Assembly: GCF_001194135.2 (NCBI RefSeq)
Contig: NC_068993.1
Coordinates: 39,706,413 to 39,770,412, forward strand
Reading direction: 5' to 3'
From: Octopus bimaculoides
Taxonomy: Eukaryota
Length of the DNA: 64,000 bases
The position numbers and the translations under genes are program-made. Below the pieces are notes generated by a model. The model did no database searches. It was given only the letters and a program-made list of their open reading frames with translations, and was not told where the DNA came from. Within the stretch, counting starts at the first letter, position 1; each line of letters opens with the position of its first letter. Below, piece after piece: positions 63,821 through 64,000 of the stretch.

Positions 63821-63886
63821 CTGTACAAATCTTCATCCATCAGGGAAATCTTGACATTGTAGCTCAATCTGCAGTGAATATATATG

Positions 63887-64000
63887 TACGACGGGCTTCT
63901 TTCTACTAAATCCACTTACATAGTTTTGGTTGACCCGAGGCTATAATAGAAGATACTTGCTCAAGATACCACGCAGTGGGACTGAACCTGGAACCATGTG
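63887..64000 (-). mobile_element. SINE family A, cut by the window end
   Basis: GACGGGCTTCTTT...CCGAGGCTATAATAGAAG...ACGCAGTGGGACTGAACCTGGAACCATGTG, with a small internal deletion relative to 27-188. Confidence 0.9.

Overview
Eukaryotic, AT-rich, repeat-saturated window from a draft assembly, with 26 N-gaps totalling about 7.6 kb, most of them at (TA)n/(TATC)n/(CA)n tracts. The repeat landscape (several tRNA-headed SINE families, very dense compound microsatellites) resembles an octopod cephalopod genome; this is inference, not verified. I find no host protein-coding gene I can support. Almost all ORFs in the track are microsatellite translations or run through gaps. The recognisable coding relics are all transposon-derived: a Helitron Rep/Hel N-terminal fragment (43680-44163, -), two Tc1/mariner transposase relics plus two mariner MITEs, one hAT-type MITE, three fragments of restriction-like-endonuclease (R4/Dong/NeSL-like) non-LTR retrotransposons, and an RTE LINE 3' end. 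More than 40 SINE copies or fragments fall into at least four families, labelled A, B, C and E here as my own working names. The most interesting unexplained structures are: a type I hammerhead-ribozyme-like motif inside a 124-bp inverted-repeat-bounded unit (20126-20249); a near-perfect 101-nt hairpin in a palindrome cluster (29729-29829); a 186-bp fold-back palindrome (34934-35119); two zero-spacer fold-back SINE dimers (49785-49985, 50735-51000); and a 115-bp templated insertion copied 2.2 kb into another SINE. All alignments, translations and foldings were done by eye and need computational confirmation.
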